The notes under the pieces were generated by a model. It had not been told where the DNA came from, made no database searches, and saw only the letters and a list, made by a program, of their open reading frames with translations. A stretch of DNA of 22,624 bases from assembly GCA_041611735.1 (NCBI GenBank), contig JBFIML010000054.1:1-22624 (forward strand), read 5' to 3'. Source of the stretch: Myxococcota bacterium. Lineage in GTDB: Bacteria > Myxococcota_A > UBA9160 > PR03. Shown here one piece after another: positions 1 through 8,274 of this stretch (position 1 is its first letter; every line of letters starts with the position of its first letter). Position numbers and translations under genes: made by a program.

Positions 1-33
1 CTCTAGCCAGCAAAGCGATCCGTCTGGATCAGA

Positions 34-723
34 TCAGTAGAAGAAGTACCTCAGCCCTCCACCAAAGCCGTGGCCCCGATACTCCGACTCGAACTCCTGA
101 TCGGTTCCCTCGATCTTGAAGTCCGGGTCCACGGTACCGAAATATCGATAGTCCAGGCTCAACACCAACCACGGCGTCACTCGAAAGCCGAGACCCGCAC
201 CAAAATGGTACGCAAACACGGTGTCGTCGTCGTCCACGCCGACCCCGAGCACCTGTCCTGGATTTTCGACCTCATGCCACTCCACGTTGGCGACTCCCAA
301 GCCGCCTCCAAAGTACGGAGTGAGCCGCGTTCGGGTGTCGATGTCCAGCCACAAATTGAACATCCCATTCAGCGAGCTTACTTCTCCCCGAACAGGGTCA
401 ACACTCTCCAAGGCATCGAAATCATTCTCGCGGTAGGTGATCTCGACTTCCCATCGGGTGTACAGCGGTCCGAAGCGACCGTTCGCCAGGACGCTCGGAG
501 CCGCGTAACCCAACACACCGCCGACCACGAAACCCGCATCGAATTCACTATCCTCGGAAGGGTCTGCGAATCCGACCAGCTCGATCTCGTTCCTCGCATC
601 AGTGAGAAGACCGGCCGCCCCGTGAAAACCGACGTAAGGCCCTTCCGGACGGTCCGCGCTGCCGGTAACGGGCGTAACAAGGACGGCGCACATCGCTAGC
701 AGCATCGTGATTCGACGATCCAT
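34..723 (-). CDS. Outer-membrane beta-barrel protein (OmpW/OmpA-like, 8-stranded type)
   Basis: N-terminal signal peptide (MDRRITMLLAMCAVLVTPVTG), amphipathic strands (LTPYFGGGLG, FAYHFGAGLGF, LSLDYRYF), C-terminal GLRYFFY aromatic BAM signal; AGGAG SD upstream. Confidence 0.88.
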   Translation of the reverse strand: MDRRITMLLAMCAVLVTPVTGSADRPEGPYVGFHGAAGLLTDARNEIELVGFADPSEDSEFDAGFVVGGVLGYAAPSVLANGRFGPLYTRWEVEITYRENDFDALESVDPVRGEVSSLNGMFNLWLDIDTRTRLTPYFGGGLGVANVEWHEVENPGQVLGVGVDDDDTVFAYHFGAGLGFRVTPWLVLSLDYRYFGTVDPDFKIEGTDQEFESEYRGHGFGGGLRYFFY

Positions 724-771
724 GGTCTGATCAGCTCCTGCTTCTCGGGTACAACTTCGTCCCGAAGCCGG

Positions 772-801
772 ATTCTCATTCGGCTTGCTCTACCAAGTCA
801 A
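772..801 (-). promoter_or_regulatory. Putative sigma70 promoter of the beta-barrel gene
   Basis: Minus strand TTGACT (801-796), 18-nt spacer, GAGAAT (777-772); the -10 lies inside an AAGCCG-N10-CGGCTT inverted repeat (765-786). Confidence 0.4.
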
Positions 802-956
802 GGCTGCCCAGCGTGGGCAGGCCGGCCCTGTTTCTCGGTCCAACCGGGCTCCCGCCTCACTTCCCCGCAACTTGCAGGCAAGTGCAGGTGGAACCTTCGC
901 CGTCTCCTTGTTCTTTGCTGCCCGCCCTCCCGCAGTCAGTCCCGTACCGTAAGACT

Positions 957-1193
957 CTAGGGGTTTCCCCCGGCGTTGACCGACTCCACCGGAGCCAGGT
1001 GGGGGACGCGATCAAGACTACCGGATTGAGCAGGCGAAAGAAGCTCACGTCCACGTTCTGTCGCTTGAGGGTCAGGGTCTGGGCCCAGCACGTGCCGTGC
1101 GTTCGTGGCCAGCTCCACGGGCGACGTGCGCAGTACCACGGCACCGGCCGTCGGGGCGAAGCTCAGCGCAACCGCGCGTACTCGTCGTCGCAT
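957..1193 (-). CDS. Small hypothetical protein or degraded gene remnant (78 aa)
   Basis: Strong SD GAGGAGG about 6 nt before ATG at 1193; signal-peptide-like start MRRRVRAVALSFAPTAGAVVL; no recognisable domain. Confidence 0.3.
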   Translation of the reverse strand: MRRRVRAVALSFAPTAGAVVLRTSPVELATNARHVLGPDPDPQATERGRELLSPAQSGSLDRVPHLAPVESVNAGGNP

Positions 1194-1337
1194 GGCGATC
1201 CTCCTCATGGACCGCAGGCGAGGCCACGGCCGTCGGGAATGGACTACGCCGCGAGCCAGGGAGAAGGGAAGACCCGGAAAGGTCGAACCGGGGGTGGCGA
1301 CCCCCCTGAACGGGGGATCTCCCCGCCGGGAACCTCC

Positions 1338-1354
1338 TGGCACGATCGATGCCA
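1338..1354. promoter_or_regulatory. Sigma54 (-24/-12)-like site, readable on both strands
   Basis: TGGCACGATCGATGC (+) and TGGCATCGATCGTGC (-) both have GG-N10-GC spacing. Confidence 0.5.
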
Positions 1355-1429
1355 CGACAAGGGTGCTCCTTCCCCGGTGTATGCTCTCGCCGTCCGTGCG
1401 GTGGTCTAGCGGGGACCTGGAGTTCGCGC

Positions 1430-2103
1430 TTGCTGCCCGACGCTGGCATCGTGAACCTGATCGGCGCTCTCTACAGCGTCGCGCTCTCTCCGACGCTGTG
1501 GCCCGGCTGGGCGATGCCCTGCCAGCCGACGCGGCACTCCTGGTTCCGCGCTTCCCGTCCAGCGCTGCGGACCCGCGAATCATCTCCGTCGGTCTGCAGG
1601 ACGCCCGCAACGGCGTATCGCGGACGCGCTCGCGGCCGGCGCCCGCGGGGTTCCTCGCCTGCCTGGCCGAGGACTCGCGACTCCTCGCCAGGACCCTGGC
1701 CCTCGCGCCGGGCGAGCCGCTCGTCCTATCGCAGATCCTGTCCGACGACGAGTTCACGGCCACACGGCTGTACCGGAAATGGTTGCGGCCGCACGGGCTC
1801 CGTCATCTGATGGTCCTGGTCGTGCGCCGGAAGGCGACGCAGCGGAGCGTGCTCGCGCTCCTGCGTCGGCCTGGGTCCACGGGCTTCCATGCAGGGGAGC
1901 TCGATCGGCTCCGAGCGCTCTCCCCTCAGCTGCAACGGGTCCTCCAGCTCCAGGACAGGATGGAGGAGATGGACAAGGAACGAGAGGTCGCGAATCGCGT
2001 GCTCGAATCCCTGGGCTGCGGGTCTCTGCTGCTCGACGAGGCGGGGCGTGTGTGTCGTGCCAACCGGCGCGCGCTGGCTCTCTGCGGAGCAGTCCCGCCC
2101 TGA
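1430..2103 (+). pseudogene. LuxR-family (GAF/PAS-type) regulator remnant, frameshifted and lacking the C-terminal HTH
   Basis: GGAG then TTG at 1430 gives LPDAGIVNLIGALYSVALSPTLWP in one frame; the family-typical continuation (ARLGDALPADAALL...LYRKWLRPHGLRH...LLLDEAGRVCRANRRA) is in another frame from about 1500; stop at 2103 before any HTH. Confidence 0.7.
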
Positions 2104-2246
2104 ACCGCCTGGTCGACCGCATCAGCCAAACGGTGGATGCGATCCGGCGCCCTCCCGGAGTCCAATGGAGGCTGCGAAGGGCCGTCGGGGCCGGCCGGCC
2201 ATGCCAAGGGTTGGCCCCGCAAGCGAAGCTGCAAGGAGGGACTGCC

Positions 2247-3074
2247 GTGCAGAGACTCGGCTCGTTGGCGCTCGTTCTCGCCGTCGTCAGCCTGGCCCCG
2301 CTCGGTCAGGCTGCCATCCTGGGTTTCGAGGGAACGCTGAGCCTCAAGCTCTCGGACGCGCAGCCCGTGCTGGTGCCGGCCAGCGGTTTGGCCTCGGTCA
2401 CGACCGACCGCCGCGTCCACCTGTTGTCGCTCGCGCTGGCCCGTGGCGTCTTCGGCCCGGCGACGGGGACGATTGCCATCGGCGGGACGACCGTGGGCTC
2501 GCTGCGCTTCTCGGGCGTCTCCAACTCGAGCGGTGCTTTCGGGAACTTGTCGGGCAGTGGAGCGGGCGGAGGCCCCATGGGGGTCTCCGGGGTGTTGCGG
2601 GTCTGTGTGATCCTTTCGGACTGCAGCATCAACGTACGCTTGCCGCTCGCCGGGTTCCGCGTCGGCGGGATGCGAACCGTCCCGGGGAGCATCGCCCTCA
2701 CCCTCGCTCACAGTCCCTGGACGGTCGGCCGCGCTGCCGTGACGCTGCACGCTCCGAACAGCGAAGTGTCGGTCGCCTCCGTGGCGGGCTTCGCCCACGG
2801 GCCGGCGTCGGGAACCAGCAGCACGGCCCAGGCCGGGGGCGAGCTGCAGCTCACCCCGACGCGCGTGTTCAGCAGTCTGGGCGCGTTTCCCGAGACCAGC
2901 TTGTTCGGGATCCTGCGCCTCCGCCTCCGAAAACCGACGCCTCCCTCCGCGCCCCCGCCCGGGCAGGATCGCATCACGATCTGTCACCGCGGCAAGACCA
3001 CGATGTCGGTGTCGCTGATCGCGCTCCCGCCTCACCTTCGGCACGGAGACCGGCGCGGCGCTTGCGGCCCGTGA
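2247..3074 (+). CDS. Secreted Gly/Ser/Thr-rich protein with Pro linker and C-terminal ICH...H-x-x-HGD-x-x-GAC module
   Basis: AAGGAGG SD before GTG 2247; signal peptide (QRLGSLALVLAVVSLAPLGQA); beta-rich body; PTPPSAPPP linker; Cys/His tail. Confidence 0.8.
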   Translation: MQRLGSLALVLAVVSLAPLGQAAILGFEGTLSLKLSDAQPVLVPASGLASVTTDRRVHLLSLALARGVFGPATGTIAIGGTTVGSLRFSGVSNSSGAFGNLSGSGAGGGPMGVSGVLRVCVILSDCSINVRLPLAGFRVGGMRTVPGSIALTLAHSPWTVGRAAVTLHAPNSEVSVASVAGFAHGPASGTSSTAQAGGELQLTPTRVFSSLGAFPETSLFGILRLRLRKPTPPSAPPPGQDRITICHRGKTTMSVSLIALPPHLRHGDRRGACGP

Positions 3075-3084
3075 GGCCCGCGGG

Positions 3085-3157
3085 TGGCGGTGGGTAGATT
3101 CGAACTACCGACACGCGGCTTATGAAACCGCTGCTCTAACCCCTGAGCTACACCGCC
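3085..3157 (-). tRNA. tRNA-Met (CAT), probably elongator; CCA not encoded
   Basis: GGCGGTG acceptor stem pairs with CACCGCC-A; D arm TAGCTCAGGGGTTAGAGC; anticodon arm GCGGT-TTCATAA-GCCGC; T loop GTTCGAATC. G1-C72 pair argues against initiator; Ile2 not excluded. Confidence 0.95.
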
Positions 3158-3202
3158 GGCGGAGCGCACGGGAGCGCGAACGCCCCCGGGAAACGCGCGC
3201 GG

Positions 3203-3233
3203 AGTCTAGCCCGCGGGACCGCCCTCGGGCTAG
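3203..3233 (-). promoter_or_regulatory. 12-bp hairpin over the upstream gene's stop codon, adjoining the putative tRNA -10 box
   Basis: CTAGCCCGCGGG (3206-3217) / CCCTCGGGCTAG (3222-3233), 11 of 12 paired; TAGACT on minus strand at 3208-3203. Confidence 0.4.
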
Positions 3234-3865
3234 CGCGGGACCCCGTCGCCGGAATCGGAGCCGGCGCCGTCCGGAGCCGGCTCCGACGTCCCGGCCTGCG
3301 CCGCCCGCAGGGCGCCCTCCAGGGCGTCCACCCGCCTGCGCAGCGCATCGAGCTCCGCGCGGGTGGGGGCGCCGGGCGACGCGGCGGGCGGCTCGGCGCC
3401 CGGACCGTTCAGGACGTGGCGCACCAGCTTCTCGGCCAGGGGATCGAGCTTCGGGATGATCTCGCCCAAGTCGCCCGCCTCGGCGAACACGTGGCGCGAC
3501 GCATCGCCCGTCTCCGCCACCCGCACGCACTGGAGATCCAGGCTGGCTCCCTTGCCGAAGTGGGTGAAGGAGCCGAACACGACCCAGGCGGCGCCCTGGG
3601 CGCGGGCCGTGGCCCGGGCCGCCTGCGGGTCGCGGGTGGCCGCGGCGGGCTCGGTCACGCGGATCACGGCGAGGCGCGGGTCGCGCCCGAGTCGCGAGGC
3701 CAGCATGTCGACCAGGCCCGCCCGCAGGTGGTCCGCTCCGTCCAGGCTGTTCACCACCATCGGGAGGATCGCTACCGGGACGCGCGCGTCGGCCGCCGGC
3801 GCCCTCGGCGCGGCGAGGACGCACGCCAGGCTGACCGCGCCCGCCGCAACGGCTCGCTTCCACAC
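3230..3865 (-). CDS. Exported protein with TolB-N/CsgG-like alpha/beta domain and short C-terminal coiled coil
   Basis: Signal peptide after GTG 3865; VAILPMVVNS...LRAGLVDMLASRL...WVVFGSFTHFGKGASLDLQCV pattern; ELDALRRRVDALE. Confidence 0.7.
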   Translation of the reverse strand: MWKRAVAAGAVSLACVLAAPRAPAADARVPVAILPMVVNSLDGADHLRAGLVDMLASRLGRDPRLAVIRVTEPAAATRDPQAARATARAQGAAWVVFGSFTHFGKGASLDLQCVRVAETGDASRHVFAEAGDLGEIIPKLDPLAEKLVRHVLNGPGAEPPAASPGAPTRAELDALRRRVDALEGALRAAQAGTSEPAPDGAGSDSGDGVPR

Positions 3866-3888
3866 CCCGAAGCTCCCCCCCACGCTGC

Positions 3889-4893
3889 TCAAGACTCCAG
3901 GCTGAGCCGCCGCACCTTGACCCCGGCCTCCCGCAACAGCGCCAGGGCGGTTTCGTCGAGCACGTACTCCGCGTTGTACACCACCTCGGCGAGGCCCGCG
4001 TTGATGATCATCTTGGTGCAGATCAGGCACGGGCAGAAGGTGCTGTAGAGGATCCCGCCGCGGACCGAGACCCCGTGGTAGGCCGCCTGGGTGATGGCGT
4101 TCTCCTCGCCGTGGCAGCAGAGACAGGTGTCGAGCCCGGTCCCGGCCTCGGCGAAGCGGTTGCAGCGCGGGCAGCCGCCCTCGTTGCAGTTGCGCACGCC
4201 GCGCGGCGTGCCGTTGTAGCCGGTCGAGACGATGCGCCGGTCCCGGGTGATGACCGCCGCCACCTTGCGCTTCACGCAGTTGCTGCGCGAGGCCACGACC
4301 CGGGCGATGCCCATGAAGTATTCGTCCCAGCCGGGCCGCTCGAAGTGGAGGCAGCGCTCGAGGATGCGCTGGAGGGCATCGTGGAGCTTCTCCCGGGAGC
4401 CCTCGTTGCGCAGCGGGAAGTCGGCCAGCTCGCGCACGGCCAGCAGCTGCTGGGCAGCGGGGTCGTCGCTGCCGCGCTCGCGCTGCTCGGCGTCCTCGAG
4501 CTCCGCCAGGGAGCGCGGATCGCCGGGGCGCCCCCGGGCCCGCAACCGCTCGAGACGCAGCGCCGGATCCGCATCCACCCAGAGCAGGCGGAAGCGGGGC
4601 CCGGCGCGCCGCAGCGCCTCCACCTCCGCCGGGTGGCGCACCGAATCGATCACGTAGTTGCGGTCCGGGAGCAGCTGCTCCAGCAGGCGCTCGGCCAGCA
4701 CCGCCGGGCCGTGGGCGGCACGCAGGGCGCGGCCGGTCTCGATCATGCGGTCGCGGGTCTCGGCCTCGCCGCGTGCGGCGAGCTCCTGGCGGATCGCGTC
4801 GGAGAGCGAGAGCGGGTAGAAGCTCCGGTCGCGCAGGAAGGCCACCACCTCGCCCTTCCCGGCTCCGTTGGGCCCCGCCACCCCGAGGATCAT
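3889..4893 (-). CDS. P-loop nucleotide kinase-like domain fused to dCMP deaminase
   Basis: Walker A GPNGAGKG, SLSDAIR, IDSVRHPAE; then WDEYFM, RSNCVKRKV, TGYNG, HGEENA, PCLIC Zn-deaminase motifs; GGAGG SD. Confidence 0.92.
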   Translation of the reverse strand: MILGVAGPNGAGKGEVVAFLRDRSFYPLSLSDAIRQELAARGEAETRDRMIETGRALRAAHGPAVLAERLLEQLLPDRNYVIDSVRHPAEVEALRRAGPRFRLLWVDADPALRLERLRARGRPGDPRSLAELEDAEQRERGSDDPAAQQLLAVRELADFPLRNEGSREKLHDALQRILERCLHFERPGWDEYFMGIARVVASRSNCVKRKVAAVITRDRRIVSTGYNGTPRGVRNCNEGGCPRCNRFAEAGTGLDTCLCCHGEENAITQAAYHGVSVRGGILYSTFCPCLICTKMIINAGLAEVVYNAEYVLDETALALLREAGVKVRRLSLES

Positions 4894-4970
4894 GCCTCCC
4901 TCCTAGCCCTCGCCGCCGGGGCGGTCAAGGCGGCTGGCCCGCCGCAGCGCTCTCTGGCAGCCTGCGGGAC

Positions 4971-5870
4971 GTGCGCGTGCTGATGACCGGTGCCGAGGGC
5001 TTCGTGGGGCGACACCTGCAAGCCCGCCTCGCCCGGGAAGGCGTCGCCGTGGTGGCCACGGACCGCGAGGTGGACGTCACCGACGTCGGGCGCGTGGCGG
5101 CGTCGGTGCGCGGGGCGGTGCCGGATGCCGTGGTGCACCTGGCGGCGCGCACCTCGGTGCCCGAGGCCGAGCGGGACCCGGAAGGCGTGCGCCGGGTGAA
5201 CGTGGAGGGAACCCGCTCGGTGCTCGAGGCCGTGGCCCGCCACGCGCCCGACGCGCGCATCCTGATCGTGACGTCCGGACAGATCTACGGCCCGGCGTCG
5301 CCCGACGCGCCGCCCTGGCGCGAGCAGGCGCGGCTGCGCCCGGCCTCCATCTACGCGCGCAGCAAGGCCGAGGCGGACGTGCTGGGAGAGCAGTGGGCGA
5401 ACCGCGGACTCGCGGTGCTGCGCGCCCGACCCTTCAACCACACGGGGCCCGGCCAGTCGGACCTCTTCGTGGCGTCCTCCTTCGCCCGCCAGCTGGCGGA
5501 GATCGAGGCGGGGCGCCGGGCGCCCCTGCTGGTGGTCGGGAACCTGGACTCCGTGCGCGACTTCCTGGACGTGGACGACGTGGCGGAGGCCTACTGGCGG
5601 CTGCTCGACCCGGCCGTCCCCGACGGCCCCTACAACGTGGCCAGCGGGCGCGGCGTGCGCATCGGGACGCTCCTCGAGCGGCTGATCGAGCGGACCTCGG
5701 TGCGTCCGGACGTGCGGGTGGACCCGAGCCTGCTGCGCCCCACGGATGCGAGCGTGGGCGACGCCGCGCGCCTGCGCGAGACGACCGGCTGGCGCCCGCA
5801 GCGCACGCTCGACGAGACCCTGGCGCGGCTGCTGGACGACTGGCGCCAGCGCCTCAGGACGACGCCGTGA
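4971..5870 (+). CDS. Extended SDR, GDP-4-keto-6-deoxy-mannose reductase (Rmd)/GDP-mannose dehydratase family
   Basis: GAEGFVG, HLAA, YARSK (YxxxK), RPFNHTGPGQS, GNLDSVRDFLDVDDV; start GTG 4971 inferred. Confidence 0.88.
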   Translation: MRVLMTGAEGFVGRHLQARLAREGVAVVATDREVDVTDVGRVAASVRGAVPDAVVHLAARTSVPEAERDPEGVRRVNVEGTRSVLEAVARHAPDARILIVTSGQIYGPASPDAPPWREQARLRPASIYARSKAEADVLGEQWANRGLAVLRARPFNHTGPGQSDLFVASSFARQLAEIEAGRRAPLLVVGNLDSVRDFLDVDDVAEAYWRLLDPAVPDGPYNVASGRGVRIGTLLERLIERTSVRPDVRVDPSLLRPTDASVGDAARLRETTGWRPQRTLDETLARLLDDWRQRLRTTP

Positions 5871-6720
5871 GGGCGAGCCAGTGGTCGCCGCGGGCGTCTT
5901 CGCGAGTGCGCTCGGCCACGATGCGCAACGCGTGCCCTTCGAGCGCCTCCGCCACGGGTGCGCGCTCCGCCACCAGGAGGCCGGAGAGCACGATGCGGCC
6001 GCCCGGCGCGGTGCGGGCGGCCAGCGCCGGGAGGAGCGGGAGGAGCTCGCTCCGCAGCAGGTTCGCCAGCAGCAGCTCGAAGCGCCGCGGAGCCAGCGCG
6101 TCCAGGGAGCCGGTCAGGAGGAGCAGCCGCTCCGCGAGTCCGTTGGCCCGCGCGTTGGCGCGCGCCTCGGCGACGGCCGCCGGGTCCAGGTCGCAGCCCA
6201 GGGCGCGGGCGGCGCCCAGGCGCAGGGCCGCCAGGGCCAGGACGCCGCTGCCGGTGCCCACGTCGAGCACCCGGCTCGGCGGGTTCGTGTGCGCGCAGGC
6301 GGCGTCCACAAGCTCCAGGGCCAGGGCCGTGGAGGCGTGGGCGCCGGTTCCGAAGGCGCGGCCCGGCTCGATCACCACCTCCTGCTGGCCCGGCGCGAGC
6401 CGATGCGCCAGGAAGGGCGGACGCACCAGCAGGCGCGGCGAGACCACGAGGGCCTCGAGACCCTGCTTCCAGGCCTCCGCCCAGTCCCGCTCCGGCACCG
6501 GCTCCGGGGCGCCGATGCGGGCGTCGGGGCCCGCCGTCTCGCGCACGGCGGCCTGCACCGCCGCGGCCCGGGCGGCCGGCGCGTAGAGGAGGAGCAGCGT
6601 GGCATCGGGACCCACCTCCCGTTCCTCGAGCCCCGCGATGCCCGCAGCCCAGGCCTCGGCCACCACCCGCTCGGCCAGCCCGTGCGGGACGCGCACCCGC
6701 AGGCAATCGAAGCGCTGCAT
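5854..6720 (-). CDS. prmA: Ribosomal protein L11 methyltransferase
   Basis: DWAEAWK, IEPGRAFGTGAHAST, VLDVGTGSGVL, LLANL, LSGLL; AGGAG SD 7 nt before ATG 6720. Confidence 0.93.
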   Translation of the reverse strand: MQRFDCLRVRVPHGLAERVVAEAWAAGIAGLEEREVGPDATLLLLYAPAARAAAVQAAVRETAGPDARIGAPEPVPERDWAEAWKQGLEALVVSPRLLVRPPFLAHRLAPGQQEVVIEPGRAFGTGAHASTALALELVDAACAHTNPPSRVLDVGTGSGVLALAALRLGAARALGCDLDPAAVAEARANARANGLAERLLLLTGSLDALAPRRFELLLANLLRSELLPLLPALAARTAPGGRIVLSGLLVAERAPVAEALEGHALRIVAERTREDARGDHWLALTASS

Positions 6721-7753
6721 GCTCGGGCTCCTGCTCGCCGGCCTGGCCACCCTGCCCGGCTGCTACCTGACCCACCTCGCCGCGGGGCAGTGGCGCCTGC
6801 TGCGCGCCCGCCGCCCGGTGGTGGAGCTGCTGGCCAACCCGGCCACCCCGGAGGCCCTGCGCGAGCAGCTCCAGCTGGTGGAGGAGGCGCGCACCTTCGC
6901 CGCGGACCTCGGCCTCCGGGTCGGCGGCCAATATACGAGCTATGCGGAATGGCCGGGCGACCGCCTCGTCACGGCGGTGGTGGCGACCCGACCCGGCCAG
7001 GTGGAGCCGGCCGGCTTCTTCTTCCCGCTGGTGGGGCGGGTGCCCTACAAGGGCTTCTTCGAGCGCGCCGCCGCCCGGTCCGAGGCGGAGGGTCTGGCGC
7101 AGCGGGGGCTCGACACCTGCCTGGTGGCGGTGCCCGCCTACTCCACGCTCGGCTGGATCGACGACCCCGTGACCGGCCCCCTGCTGCGGCGCGGCGCCGG
7201 GGCCCTGGTGGAGACGATCCTGCACGAGCTGGTGCACGCCACGGTCTTCGTGCGCAGCGCCGCCGACTTCAACGAGGGGATCGCGACCTTCGTGGGCCAG
7301 GAAGGGGCGGTGCGCTTCTTCGCCGCCCGCGACGGGCCGGACGCCGAGACCACGCGCCGCCAGCGCGAGCGCGTGCGGGAGGAGCGCGTCGTGGCGCGCG
7401 CACGATGGAACCTCCGGGAGGAGGTGGCCGCCCTCTATGCGGACGAGCCGCCGGGCCCGCAGCGCGACGGCGCCCGGGCGGCCCTGGAGGAGGCGGCTCG
7501 GACGCGCCTGGCGGCGCTGCCGCTCGCCACCCGCGACGCCGACGCCCTGGCCCGCGAGGCGCGGCTGAACGACGCGTGTCTGGCCCTGGAGGGGACCTAC
7601 GAGCGCGACCTCGAGGCCTATGCGGCGGTGCTGGCGGGGCTGGACGGCGATCTCCCGGCCTTCGTGGCCGCGGTGCGCGCTGCCGCCGAGCGTGACGACC
7701 CGCGCGCCGCCGTGCTGGCGCTCCCCGCGGCCCGGGCCGCAAGCGCGCCGTGA
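6719..7753 (+). CDS. Putative zinc aminopeptidase, lipoprotein
   Basis: Lipobox LPGC; FPLVGRVPYKGFF, AYSTLGWIDDP, HELVH (HExxH), FNEGIA; start uncertain (6599, 6638 or 6719). Confidence 0.88.
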   Translation: MLGLLLAGLATLPGCYLTHLAAGQWRLLRARRPVVELLANPATPEALREQLQLVEEARTFAADLGLRVGGQYTSYAEWPGDRLVTAVVATRPGQVEPAGFFFPLVGRVPYKGFFERAAARSEAEGLAQRGLDTCLVAVPAYSTLGWIDDPVTGPLLRRGAGALVETILHELVHATVFVRSAADFNEGIATFVGQEGAVRFFAARDGPDAETTRRQRERVREERVVARARWNLREEVAALYADEPPGPQRDGARAALEEAARTRLAALPLATRDADALAREARLNDACLALEGTYERDLEAYAAVLAGLDGDLPAFVAAVRAAAERDDPRAAVLALPAARAASAP

Positions 7754-8274
7754 GCCGCTTCGTCTTCCTGGATCGGGACGGCACGCTGGTGCGCGACGTC
7801 GGCTACCCGCACCGGCCCGAGGACTACGCGCTCCTGCCCGGCGTAGTGGCCGGCCTGGGCCGGCTCGCCGCGGCCGGCTTCCGCTTCGCCATCGTCACCA
7901 ACCAGAGCGGGATCGGGCGCGGCTACTTCGCGACCGAGCAGTTCGAGCGCTTCCACCGTCTCCTGCTGGACGACCTGGCGGCGGCGGGACTGCGCATCGA
8001 GGCCAGCTACCTGTGTCCCCACCGACCCGACGAGGGCTGCTCCTGCCGCAAGCCTGCCCCCGGCCTCGTGGAGCGCGCGCGCGCGGAGCTCGGCGCGGAC
8101 CTCTCCCGGAGCTGGGTGGTGGGTGACTCGGACGCGGACGAGGAGCTGGCCCGGCGCGCCGGCTGCCGGGGCTGTGTGCGCGTGGGCAGCGCGGCGATCC
8201 CGGATCTCGCGGCGGCCGCGGAGGAGCTGCTGCGTCGCGACGCGGTGCGGGAGGCGCGTCAGGGCGCCCCGTAG
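7750..8274 (+). CDS. gmhB: D-glycero-D-manno-heptose-1,7-bisphosphate phosphatase (HAD IIIA)
   Basis: FLDRDGT, TNQSGIGRG, CPH...CSCRKP, VVGD; GTGA overlap with upstream stop. Confidence 0.9.
   Translation: MSRFVFLDRDGTLVRDVGYPHRPEDYALLPGVVAGLGRLAAAGFRFAIVTNQSGIGRGYFATEQFERFHRLLLDDLAAAGLRIEASYLCPHRPDEGCSCRKPAPGLVERARAELGADLSRSWVVGDSDADEELARRAGCRGCVRVGSAAIPDLAAAAEELLRRDAVREARQGAP

Noticed and set aside
857-1144. 95-aa minus-strand ORF
   Set aside because: No SD or recognisable domain; overlaps the better supported start at 1193; at most part of a degraded gene
2216-2229. CCCGCAAGCGAAGC matches 18092-18105
   Set aside because: A single 14-nt match is plausible by chance in a GC-rich 22-kb window, and the rest of the repeat unit is absent
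5854-8274. Short convergent 3' overlaps (rmd-like/prmA 17 nt, gmhB/queE 16 nt)
   Set aside because: Common in compact GC-rich genomes; no sign of special function
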